From the NCBI GenBank assembly GCA_001662655.1, contig KV460233.1: 64,000 nt of DNA. One strand, written 5' to 3'. The DNA comes from Pseudogymnoascus verrucosus (Eukaryota). Under the pieces are notes generated by a model, which did no database searches, had not been told where the DNA came from, and saw nothing but the letters and a program-made list of their open reading frames with translations. This document shows, in pieces, positions 1-11,042 of the stretch (positions are counted from its first letter, which is position 1; each line of letters starts with the position of its first letter). The translations under genes and the position numbers were made by a program.

Positions 1-519
1 TTTCAGCCTTGGGAGATGTTAGCTGACAGTGATGATATTAGGGCGCTGGGAGGATAAGTAGAACGTACGGCATGGTCGGTGTAGTTGAGGCCAATGCAGC
101 GGATGGTGCCTGCTTCGGCAGGTGTTATGGGTGTGAGAATCTGTGAATGGGCGTTAGATCGGAAATATGCTAAAGGTAGAGTTATCTGGGTACCTCGCGA
201 GCTCTGACAACTCGGCCGGTGAAGATAACATCGAAATCAAGTGCTGAGATGCCGTTGAGGAGTTTGACCATCACGGGCTCGTTTTGCTCCATTGCAAGGC
301 CGACTGGATGTAAAACTTAGCAAGCTCTTATGGGTTCTAAAAACATTTATTTGGGCTTACCATCGAGCTCCGAGTCAACGGGCTCGCCGCAATATTCGTT
401 TCCATCTTCACCAATGAAGCGGACGAAGCGATTCCAGATCTAGTTGTTATTGTCAGTCGAAATCTTCTATCTGGGAAACAATAACGAACTGGAAGATCGG
501 GCGCTGTTGCGGAAGGCAT
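1..519 (-). CDS. Fumarylacetoacetate hydrolase family protein (FAHD2-like), 5' part; multi-exon, runs off the left edge
   Basis: Manual splicing from ATG 519 gives MPSATAPDLP|IWNRFVRFIGEDGNEYCGEPVDSELD|...|ILTPITPAEAGTIRCIGLNYTDHA. This contains the FAH-family N-terminal W..FVRF motif and the CIGLNY..HA motif, with GT-AG introns. Confidence 0.88.
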
Positions 520-871
520 GTTTATGATTTTGGAATGTGATGATAGAATCAAAATCTTAAGACGACGCAGACAGACATCGTCGAAAGAAAGACTGTACTA
601 TTTTCTACAACCTGTCACCTTAACCACCGGAACCATTTCCGCATTCCATTTCATTCCGAATACCAGGAAAGAATAAGATGATACGGCTAATCATCATTGT
701 TTAACAAGACGTTTGTAATTTGGCACTTATCATCAGTAACAGCGGTGCCGATCAGGGGCGCCGATCTGCGGGGAAGGAGACTATCGGCCTCTCGGCCGTC
801 TAGCATTCGGCGGTGTCGTCCGATGCTGGATTGCGCTTAGCCTAAACCAGCCATTGATAAGGGGAAAGGAC

Positions 872-1055
872 GCTACGGACAATGCTACGGACCACACTAC
901 GGATAACGCTACGGACTAGTCCCTTACCACCATCGATTCGGACTACGCTACGGACACATACTACGTACGACCTCACGAAGAAAACGTTGAGCGGGACGCG
1001 ATATGTCGAGCAATTCGCCACGGGGCAATTATGCGCTACGGACATTCACTCGGAT
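872..1055. repeat. Array of 12-bp-period GCTACGGAC-like direct repeats in the divergent promoter
   Basis: gctacggac at 872, 884, 908, 947 and 1035; variants at 896, 935, 960 and 1047. Confidence 0.85.
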
Positions 1056-1278
1056 TCCTATCTCTTGGGATTTCCCCAAAGAAGCGGACTCCAAGATCCC
1101 GAAGGTAACAGCAGGTCAGGAAGCGGGAACCAAACTGATAGCCGCCTGGGCTGGCATTGCAATATAGATATATATGCGTCTGGCCATGGAGTAACATATT
1201 GCACCATTATCAATTTCCTAGACAGAGGTTGCACATCCATCTACTTTCACATATTTTATGCATTGAGCTTCGTCCATC

Positions 1279-2885
1279 ATGGACGTTGAAAGCACCCCAA
1301 AACTGGCGGCCAAGGACCACGCACAGATCAACCAACTCGAGAAAGCCTCAATTGATGATGATGGCACAAGTCACGCGAGCACGATGTACATCGACCCGGT
1401 AGCGCAGCGTAAACTGCTGTTCAAGCTGGACATGTACTTGTCCCCGGTTATGACTCTGATTTTCCTCACGGCATACCTTGATCGTGCGAACATCGGAAAT
1501 GCGGCGTCGGCTGGGCTAATCACGGACTTGGGGCTGGTTGGAAACCAGTTTGGAAGTAAGTCCTGTTTCCACACACTCCAAAGACAGACATGAACGCGGA
1601 AATGCTAATGTGTGAAAACAGATGCCGTGACGCTTTTCTACGTCCTCTATGTCGCATTTGAACTCCCGTGCTCGCTGGTCCTGAAGAAATTCCATCCTCG
1701 TACGTCCTTCCCATCTTTAAGCAGAAACCCAACTAACAGGTATTAGGACGCATGATCCCCGCCCTCATGTTCTGCTGGGCCTGCGTCATCATCGGCAATG
1801 GCTTCGTGAAAAACGCCGGTCAACTATACGCCTGCCGCCTTCTCCTTGGCGCCTTTGAATCCGGCATGTTCCCCTGCCTATGCCTCTACCTCTCCACTTT
1901 CTACACGCCTGGCGAGCAAGCCGTCCGTATCTCTTATCTCTTCGTCGCGTCCGCTCTTTCCGGCGCTTTCGGCGGGCTCTTCGCGTTCGCGCTCCTGAAA
2001 ATGGACGGCATTGCCGGCTTGGCAGGCTGGCGCTGGCTGTTCATCATTGAAGGCTGCGCCTCCGTCGTCGTCTCGATTGTGATCTACTTCGTGCTCCCGA
2101 ATAACTTTGAGGAGGCACGCTTCCTGACAGAGGATGATAAGGCGTTAATGCGCTTGCGTGCGGAAGCCCATGCACGATATAATGGGAAGCCGCAATTCGA
2201 CTGGGCGGAGGTCAAGAAGGCGCTTACGGACCCGAAGCTGTATATTAGCTGCTGGAGTCAGTTTATGGGCGATACTTGCTCGTTTGGCTTGTCGACTTTT
2301 ATGCCTATCATCATCAAGGGTTTTGGTTTTGATACTGTTACGACGCAGCTTTTGACTATTCCCATCTACCTCTGGGCGTCGGGAGCTTACATCCTGGTCA
2401 GTTGGATGTCCGATAGGTACAATAGCCGTGCCGCGTTTATGCTCCCGGGTGTCATCGTCACGGCTATTGGATATGCAGTCCAGCTCGCAGTCCCGCAAGC
2501 CAATCGTGCTCCACTGTATTTTTCTGTGTTTCTCATCGCACCAGGAATCTACATCATGGTCGGCCTGAACTGCACGTGGCTCCTAAATAGCCATGCGGGA
2601 TACTACAAGCGTGCGACTGCCATTGGTGTCAACCAGACTTTGGGCAACTGCGCCGGTCTGATTATTGGGCAGATCTTTAAGGATTCAGTGGGCGGGAAGT
2701 ATGTCACGGGTCTGAGTGTCAGCCTGGGTGCGGTGCTACTAGCGGGTGTGGGTCACTCGTCATTGTGGGTTTTGTTGAGACATCAGAATGCGAAGAGAGA
2801 GAAGTTGACGCCAGAAGAGAGGGAGGATGCAATCTTGAATGGAAAGGGAGGTGACTTCCATCCAGATTACAGGTATACGCTGTAA
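1279..2885 (+). CDS. MFS transporter, anion:cation symporter (Dal5/Tna1 allantoate-nicotinate permease-like); exons ~1279-1555, 1622-1699, 1747-2885
   Basis: Motifs AYLDRANIGNA, RLLLGAFESGMFP, GWRWLFIIEG and C-terminal HPDYRYTL; many TM segments; two GT-AG introns join the ORFs in frame. Confidence 0.93.
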
Positions 2886-3952
2886 TATTTTCTGTCCCAA
2901 ACTTAGTTTCACCATTTTATTTTAGTGTTTTGGGCCAGAACACATATATATACAAATTTGTTAAAGATTTAAAAGCGAGCTGGGAGCATGTGATATATAT
3001 GTTCTGATCTGTTTGTTGCCTAAATATCCGTACGTTGGGGATCACCAGCCGATATGGGTGGAATCCCTGCTACCGAACAGAATTATCACTTTCGGCAGCA
3101 CCAAGGTAGAGTCGGAATAGGAATACTACAGTAGGATATAGCAATCATATAGTACTACCACCGGAATCTCGACACTTGTCGCATGTCTTGCTCTTGTGAC
3201 CTTGCACCGCTTTTGCTCAGGCCCGGCTCAGCGTCGGCTCAGGTATGCTCAGGCCTGGTCAGGTATGCTTTGTTTATGCACCACAACACAGCCAGGGCTC
3301 ATTTCGCTAGGGTTCGTCAACTCTTGACGAGGAGCCAGAATGGGCCCCGTCTTATCTAAGCCGGCACCCTGGGGTATAGCCCAAAAGAGAGTAGTTGACA
3401 GCATGCACGAAATGTGATCCATCCCGTGGTGCGATGTTGCAGGAGACCTATGTTGTGGCGTCACGAATCAGCAAGCTGTAGACACTGACTCGGTGGATAT
3501 CCAGACTTCATCTGGCAAACCTGACTGAGTAACCCTTCTCCACCCAAAAATATGTTCGTCCCGAGACACCCTTTAGCTCCGTATATAAGCGGCATGTTGG
3601 AGCTACTTCGGAGCAAACAGTTCCAGGCAGATGCTATTTATATCGCTTCAGTTGCAACCCGTGCATCCCATCCGTTCTCTCTGAGATTTTCAGCTCATTT
3701 CGAAGGCACTGTATCATCGCGCATATTAGCACCAACATGCGAATCATTGGATGCGTTCGTGCATCAGATTTGGCAAACTACTTGCATCTAAGTAATTGCT
3801 CAATCCCAGTTGTTGGGGTTGACTGCGCAGTGGCCTGGTCTAGTCTTGGAGAGGATGTAAGCTGGGGGCTGAAGCTCGCGGAGCCACCGATATCCATGTT
3901 CTGAAAGATTGTCAGCCCTAGCGTCACTGCGAATCACAACCTTACTTTTAAC

Positions 3953-4036
3953 CAAGCACTAGCGATTCCGTCAGCCGCATTATTGAGCTTCTTTCAATCA
4001 AGCACTATCGATTCCGTAAGCCGCATTATTGAGCTT
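3953..4036. repeat. 38-bp direct repeat (2 copies, 2 mismatches, 8-bp spacer)
   Basis: caagcactagcgattccgtcagccgcattattgagctt (3953-3990) and caagcactatcgattccgtaagccgcattattgagctt (3999-4036). Confidence 0.9.
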
Positions 4037-4376
4037 ATTGAGCAAATAATATCATTCGCCAAAACCCTCGAACTCGCAGGAAGATAGCCCATGGTAGGCT
4101 TGCTATCTTGAGCTGAAAGTGAGATTTGGGCCAAAGCCCTTAATCATTGGGTTTTTATTGCCTAAGCCACTTCCATGCTGTCATCAGCGTTTTAGTGAAT
4201 TTATGGATAGGTGGATAAATGGGTACTACATCTTTTCTCAGCTTTAACAAGACGAGCATTCTATAAAGTCCCGTTAATTGCCCCATCTGCTACCATCCAT
4301 CTGCACTTAACCCAAAAACGAAATCATAGTACATATCTCAAGCTCAATCCCACCAAGACCAAAGACACAATTCAAA

Positions 4377-5745
4377 ATGTCTGACCAAGACAATGCCCTT
4401 GCGCTCCACAACCAAGGTAAGCCGCGCCGCGCACCACCCCGCAGTGACAATAACTCCCGAAAAACACCTAACAAAGCATCCTACCTGCACCACACACTAA
4501 TCTTCTCTAAGCCCGCGCCGCCCTCGGCGTCGCCCCCCTCCAATGGGACAACAACCTGCAAGCCGCAGCCCAAAGCTGGGCGAACCACCTCGCTCAAGTC
4601 AACAGCTTAGACCACGACCCCAACGCCAGCGCGGGTGAGAACATCGCTCTGTTTTCGCCAGCAAGCGATACGATTCTGGGAAATGCAACGGGGCTGTGGT
4701 TAGCTGAGAAGACAGCTTATAGCTATAGCATTTTTGATGGGAGTCAGGTTGAGGCGGCAGGACATTACACTCAGGTATGTATCTGAATACTTCGTGATGT
4801 AGATTTTGCATGTTTTGTTGGCTGGATCACGCGCCTGTCTGCCAGAGAAGAGAAATGGGAGTTAGGGTGGAGGACGAGAGGGGGAGCGAGGAGAGAGACA
4901 AAAATATCTGAGATGGAGTTAATGATGAACTAACCGATCTTCGTAGTGCGTCTGGGCAAATACCACGAACGTCGGTATCGCAGCCGCGACATCTTCCTCC
5001 GGCACCGAGTTCGTCGTTGCACGCTACCTCCCACAAGGTAATGTCATCGGGCAGTACCCTTACCCGCAAGGTATCGTTCCCTTCTTTCCCTATAACTATC
5101 TTCCCTCCCCTCCTCTCCTTCTCTCCGTCTCACTTCCTCTTCGCATAACATCGTGTCGTGTAATTCACAAGCAGCGAGCACTAATGCCAAATAATTAAAA
5201 GGCCAACTACCGCAACAAGGCTTCGAAGGGATCTTCCTCGTGAACGCAACCAATTCCTCCGGCGGCCAGAAATGCGGCGTTGGCTGGTACCGCAATGCGC
5301 TGCAGGCCGAGGGACAATCGCCTGATCCGCCGCTTGAAGCTGCAGGCGTGGGGCGTGACTGGATCCCATGGGAGGGTAATGAACAGAGCGGTATGTCTTT
5401 CTTTCATTTCCTGATCGACCTTCTGTTTACTGTTGTTTTATTCTAATCCCTTTTCGCATCCATTCCCAGTCCCTTTCCCTCACTGCCAGACAACATCTGC
5501 ACACACCTTTATGCAAAAGCATCTCACTTTACTCATAGAGCCCCTCGCTAACAATACTAGTTACATTTGCTGATGGCAACGTCTTTGCCTGGAACATCAA
5601 CGCTAATGCGCAGTCCGAGCCAGACTATACGATGGTTGGCACTAGCCATAATAACTTCCGGAACTTCGATGTGTACAAGGATAATAAGCGTATCTTGTAT
5701 TCTCAGAATGGGTGGGATTATAGGACTATTTATTATTGTAAGTAA
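4377..5745 (+). CDS. CAP/SCP (PR-1-like) domain protein fused to a ~120-aa C-terminal domain; exons ~4377-4416, 4512-4774, 4947-5070, 5202-5390, 5561-5745
   Basis: The spliced product contains HNQARA, LQWDNNL, GENIA, GHYTQCVWANT and FVVARYLPQGNV (CAP signatures). Four GT-AG introns with CTAA branch sites keep the frame. A TATA-like ctataaa lies at 4261. Confidence 0.88.
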
Positions 5746-6216
5746 GGGCGTGGAGGTCTCTAGATAGGCCTAGAATCGGAATTGTAGCCTATAGTATCAA
5801 GCTGTTACTTTTATTAATAAACCAGACTTGATTAACTTACAAGGTTGATTACGAATAATGGAATTTTCTCATACGAAAGCGCTAAGCACAAGTGATTTTC
5901 CCATTGCTAGCAAATTTCCTTCCTAAATCCCAAGATGAGGAGTGGATGCCTTTAAGGAAGTTGGAATTCTTTTTAAATATTTTCTAGTGCAATATGTTAA
6001 GATCTGTTTCTTAATATTTATGATTATTCTTTGTTACACCTAGAATTACGTGTAAATAAGTCACTTCGACTTCCGCCATTCCTCCATCTAGTTCAGGAAG
6101 TGAGGCGGCAGCTACTGGGTCTCACTGCCCCTAATGACCTCTCTAACCAATGCCAGATTGCATATTCTAATAATTCATCGTCAATCTCTGCTAAACTGAA
6201 TAGCATCATAACGTCG

Positions 6217-6271
6217 GCGCATTTTGAAGCAGCTTAGGGTTAGGGTTACCCTAAGCTGCTTCAAAATGCGC
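6217..6271. repeat. Perfect 24-bp inverted repeat with a 7-nt loop, centred on TTAGGG telomeric units
   Basis: gcgcattttgaagcagcttagggt-tagggtt-accctaagctgcttcaaaatgcgc. Confidence 0.95.
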
Positions 6272-6662
6272 TGAAAGTTACTTAATAAGGTAAGGGCTCT
6301 GGAATGTGCCGATTAGCCCCACAGCCCAGAGTGGATGTGCTAAGGGTCGGCAGTGGTTCTCCTCACTAAGGGGATGCAGTAGGGGCAAGAACGTAATCCT
6401 CCTGCCGTGTTGCTGTCTCACGTAGAGCTGGCGACAGGAAACTAACATTTTATAGATAGGCTCAACGATGACACCACCAACTTTCACCTATTGACGATCC
6501 GTTGATGACTTGATCAAATTTAGAGCATGGGGCATTCAGCCCCCCAGATATAGGCCTGGAGGAAACGTTTTATGACCACGGATGATATGAACCACTAAGC
6601 TATTTCTTACAGCAAAGAGGCTATTGCCAGGTTCTTTCCGCGGAGAATGGTTCGCGACAACC

Positions 6663-7721
6663 TCAGAATTGAAGCAACCAAGCATCATTAAGCCGATTGT
6701 TCTCCTCCCCCAGACCACCCGACACCAAAATTGCTGACTGGTCCACCACGTCTGCATCGAACCATCCTCTAGGGGAGGGTCTGCAGGACGTGCTGGGAGC
6801 TTTCGTGTCGACCTCAGACCAAGCTCCCGAAGCAATATCGTATGCCCAGACGTCCCCGAGCATCTTACCTGCCCCCTGATGTCCTAGCGAACTAGGATCA
6901 CTTTCGCCAAACAGCGTCACGAGGAGAGGCTTCCCACTTGCAACGACGGGAAGGGTAGCAGCTACACTCCTTGGAGCAGGCCCTGAGATGTTATCTGCAG
7001 CGTAGTACTTCGTGGACCAAGTATTACTTTCTGGGTCGAAGATGTCGAGGCTACCACCCTGCTCTACCTTGCCATCAAACCCATTCATCCTATACAGCAA
7101 GCCCCCATAAAATGCAATAGAAGCTCCACCTCGAGCAGGACCAGGGGCATTAGCAAGCCGCGTCCATGTACAACCCGATGGCTCGAAAGACCACAGGTCT
7201 GCGAGACGCCCAGATTCCGGACAACCAGCGTGCACGAAGATCCTATCCCTGTTGTTGCTTGTGGAGCAATGGTAACTTCGAGCTGGCGGGAACGGCTTCG
7301 AGGAGTCCGACGGCAAAAGTGACGTCCACTTCATGTTCGATGGGTCCAGCATCCATACAGCACCATGCTCTTCGACAGGGGCCATGGCTTCTCCGCCACG
7401 TCCTGAGAAGAGATAGACCTTGCCATTAAGCGTAGCGGAAGCCGTACCAACGCGAGGAGATGGTGAAGCAGAAGTGCCTTTTGTCTCCAGAACTAACTGG
7501 GCGGCTAACATCGCGTGAAGTCAGCCCATCATGCCCATGAATGTGACGTGCAACATACCATGATATTTTGAGTGTAGCCTGTAAACGTGATTATCACGTG
7601 GCTGACGAGGCAATAGCTCTCCGCCGAATATGTATCCAGTTCCGCGCACGACAGACAGTACGTGTGAGGAGCGCTGCAATTCGCCGGAAGCCAGCAAGCT
7701 AGTCCAAGAGGCAGCAATCAT
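6663..7721 (-). CDS. Kelch-repeat beta-propeller protein, nitrile-specifier protein (NSP5)-like; one intron (~7492-7558)
   Basis: Kelch blades RSSH..YIFGGE, PRVG..YLFSGRGG, ARSYH, ARGG..YRMNGFDG, PRSV..FGE and PRGWF. Exon 1 (MIAASW...) joins the 282-aa ORF through a GTATGT..CTGAC..TAG intron. Confidence 0.88.
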
Positions 7722-7956
7722 GATGGCTGTAGATGATAGATGGGTGTCAAATGTCCTGCCGTGTAAACTCACGTCGAGACATGGGTTATATATATGTTCG
7801 TGATCTACACTAGATATATGAGAAAGGTAGCGGCGGCGACTTTTTCCTTAATAGGTTAGTACAACTTGTCAACCATTGGTCGGTCGTGTTTTCCACCCGA
7901 AAGCGCATCTTCTCTTTAACGCCGACTGTTTCTCACCTATCTGGAGTTCAAATAGA

Positions 7957-10169
7957 ATGACAGTCAAAGAGGCGGACTTGTCAGGTACCGGCTCTGAATA
8001 TGCCTATTTGTTTACGTCACATTCAAGTGTTCTCGGTTAGGTATGACGAGCATTACACGTACGCGTACAAGCTGTGAATCGTGCCGTCGACGGAGGAAAA
8101 AGGTATTCTGCTCCGACCGCTCCAAGGAGGCTAAAACAAGACCTAATTGTTATTGGTAGTGTGATGAAGGGAAACCGCGATGTGCGGCCTGTGTGCGACT
8201 TGGTATCCACTGCGAGATCAGCAGACCCGGCTTCGAATTTGTCAACGATACGACCTCGACTTTCAAAGACGAGACGCAGAACAGGCGAAGATTCCGTCGA
8301 AAGGCTCAGCCTCTTACTAGCCACCATGCGCTGGTAGACGACAGAGATAATGATGGAGGTTCTAATATTTCACAGACATCGGTCCTAGTCGCGGACAATG
8401 AAGAATATGTTGCATTTCTGCAGAGCCCACTGATCAAAGGTGGGAAAGGGTCAGAGCATGCTACCAGGTACTCGATATACAGCGCTGAAAGCCCCACCAC
8501 TCGAAGACATCATGCACTGAACCTCACAAACATATCTACATCTACTGACGACTCTCCACGAGCCACACCATCAGGCGTAGTGGACGGCTCTGCGCCAGAC
8601 CTCACGGCCTGGTTCTCGTGCTTCGTTGACTTTAGTCCATCTGTGGCGAGCACTGTAGCGAATGATCCGCCGACTAGGGTTGAGGTGGACGATCGATTCC
8701 ACGAAATGCAGGAGGTATTATATATCCACCATTGGCACACCCATCTCCTGGAGACGCTACCTGTTCAATTCAAGCAGGTGGAGAGTCTTACTGATGGATG
8801 CACAGCATTGAGACCTGCTATCATCGCATTGTCAGCATGCGACCTAGCTCAAGCTCGAACAGATGTCAGCTCTTGGACTATCGAACACGAAAAACGATGG
8901 CTGTTCTCGCCGAATAAAGACCATCAAAATTATGGGAGGATGTACTACAACGTTGCTAAACGCGAGCTTGCGACGGCGGACTACAGCAAACAGGAACCCA
9001 CTGCTGTCCTTGCTATCTTGATGCTCTTTGTATACATTGAGTCGCACATTGGGTCCTTCCGAGGCGCAGCGTTCCACCATCATGGGATCGAGCATTTGCT
9101 TTCCTCGAGGCATGACTTTTGCGACCAATCTGCCCTTACCAGGGACTTGGTAAGGTCATGGACGTCTCTGCGCGCCCAAAACTGGAAACACCGTATTCCA
9201 TTCACAGTGTTGGATTTCCAAAAGAGTCTGTTAGATCTTGGTCTGAGTGTTGAGCAGCTGCTTGATCCGTCAGAGGCGCGAGATGAAGCAGTCATAGTAA
9301 ACATGTTACAGTCGTGGCGCCTTAGTCTTATGGTGTTGTTCGAGCGTTACACCGGTCGTGGCGATATGGAAAGCATTAGCTCACGATGTTGTCGGGATTA
9401 TTACGAGCGTATCAACCTGCTTGAAGTGACACAGCCATGGAGACCAAAAGTCCCAATCCCAGATGAGGACTACGAGGCCCTCCTCCGCGAGCAGCGAACA
9501 GAGCTTGATAGGTGGTACGCGGCACTTCCCCCATCACATCTCCCCAACGAGAGCTTCCGATCAAAGTCCAACGCCTGGGACCCCTTGCAGCTCGGCCAGC
9601 CTCCTCTGCAATTCGCCAGCCACCAAGCGGCAATGAACTACGTCTATTACGCTGCTGCACGGATCTTCCAATCCAGAGAGAACATAGAGGAATTCCTCGC
9701 GCTGCCACCTCTATCTCCACATCACTTGGCCCAACTCGACCCTCCCGGAGTCAATCACTGGCTTCTTGTTCTTCTGCGTACAATATCTAGCCTGGACCTT
9801 GGGGCTTGTGCTCGTCACAGCTCCTATTCCGTGGGCATCCTTGAGATCCTTCATATGTGCCACCTGCGCCTCCCGCGGTGCAGCCAGATTGTCCAGAGCG
9901 GCGTCCACTACATGATTACAGCGTATACTAACAACTGCATTACCCACGAAGGTTCAGGTCTCATCTTGGGCTTCCAGCACGTCTTTGAAGAGATTGAAGA
10001 GCAAAGGAATCTCGGTAGGGATTTGTTTTATATCATTCCTCGATCCTCGCCAGATAGCCAAAGGCAATTGGCCTACGATGATGCCAACCCATCTGTTGTC
10101 TACGGCCGAGATAGAGCTACTGGGAAATTTTTCTGTCAATTATTATCCCCGAGGCGCAAAGTTCATTGA
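7957..10169 (+). CDS. Zn(II)2Cys6 transcription factor with a fungal-specific TF domain (start 7957 or 8043)
   Basis: Spliced CESCRRRRKK|CDEGKPRCAACVRLGIHC has all six Cys, followed by a 658-aa ORF with an LRPAIIALSA..YY..A..L middle region. Confidence 0.9.
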
Positions 10170-11042
10170 ATTCATGTTCTTAATTAAAGGTGGGCAGGGA
10201 GTAGAAAGCGATCGCCTCAGTTAGGCTGGCATAAGAAAGACTTTCAGTATTTCAACTTAGTCTGGAAAGACTCATTTATGCTATATCACTCCCTTCTCCC
10301 TGACGTGTCCAAATCCAACGGGTTTGGGAACCCTACGCCTGGATGTATGGGCAGCGTAACTACTGCTATTGGTAATTTCGGGTATCAAGAAGTGGGTGGC
10401 GAAATTAAATGTGTTTCCTCGACATGATAGAAGCTTCTCAGATCCACTTGGCTGCAGACCTTGCCTCAAACAACATTGACCGGATGAAGTATACCTTCGG
10501 CGGATGCAGCTACACCTGTAGGAATTTTTTACCTCGACGTCGGTGCTTTTGTCCCGATTTGGGCTAGCCATCGCTCTTTGCAACTTTTTGGGCTTAGGGA
10601 AGAGCAAGGGTCCAAGTCTGTGCCTCGCCACCGTTTCGTCCAATAACGTGAGGAGTCACTTAGTACATCCGATCTCGGTTATCTTAAGTGCCATGCATGC
10701 ACGTTCCAGAGTTTCTCAATCGGGCAATCTTCAGCGCCGCAGAACTGCGTCGAAAACCAACTCTAGTCAACCTGCACTATGTGGTATCCAGAAGGCTGAA
10801 TATACACGGCACGAAGTGGGCAATAGCACCGCTAGGCATCAGTGCTCTGCGTGCCGAACACCTGCCGATCGTTCAATTTCGGTCGCAGGCTGATCCGCCG
10901 AAGAGCAGATTACTAACGCATGACGCAAACGTAGTCTTCACCAGCAGCTTCCGCTTCCCGGGATCGCAAGTTTCACGTTCACGGCATACTGTATAATGCA
11001 TCGACACCTCTGTCTACTCAAACATCGCCCTGGACAGAACGA

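Noticed and set aside
872..968. Repeat-spacer pattern resembling CRISPR; also the 135-aa ORF at 882-1289
   Set aside because: Units are 9 bp with 3-nt spacers in a eukaryote with no cas genes. The ORF simply translates the repeat.
6233..6254. TAACCCTAACCCTAA on the minus strand as a telomerase RNA template
   Set aside because: It is locked in a perfect hairpin, and the ~900-bp gap between convergent genes seems small for a filamentous-fungal telomerase RNA. No other supporting structure was seen.
10281..10996. Several 100-120-aa ORFs between the TF and ferroportin
   Set aside because: No motifs, overlapping on both strands, and no convincing splice structure.
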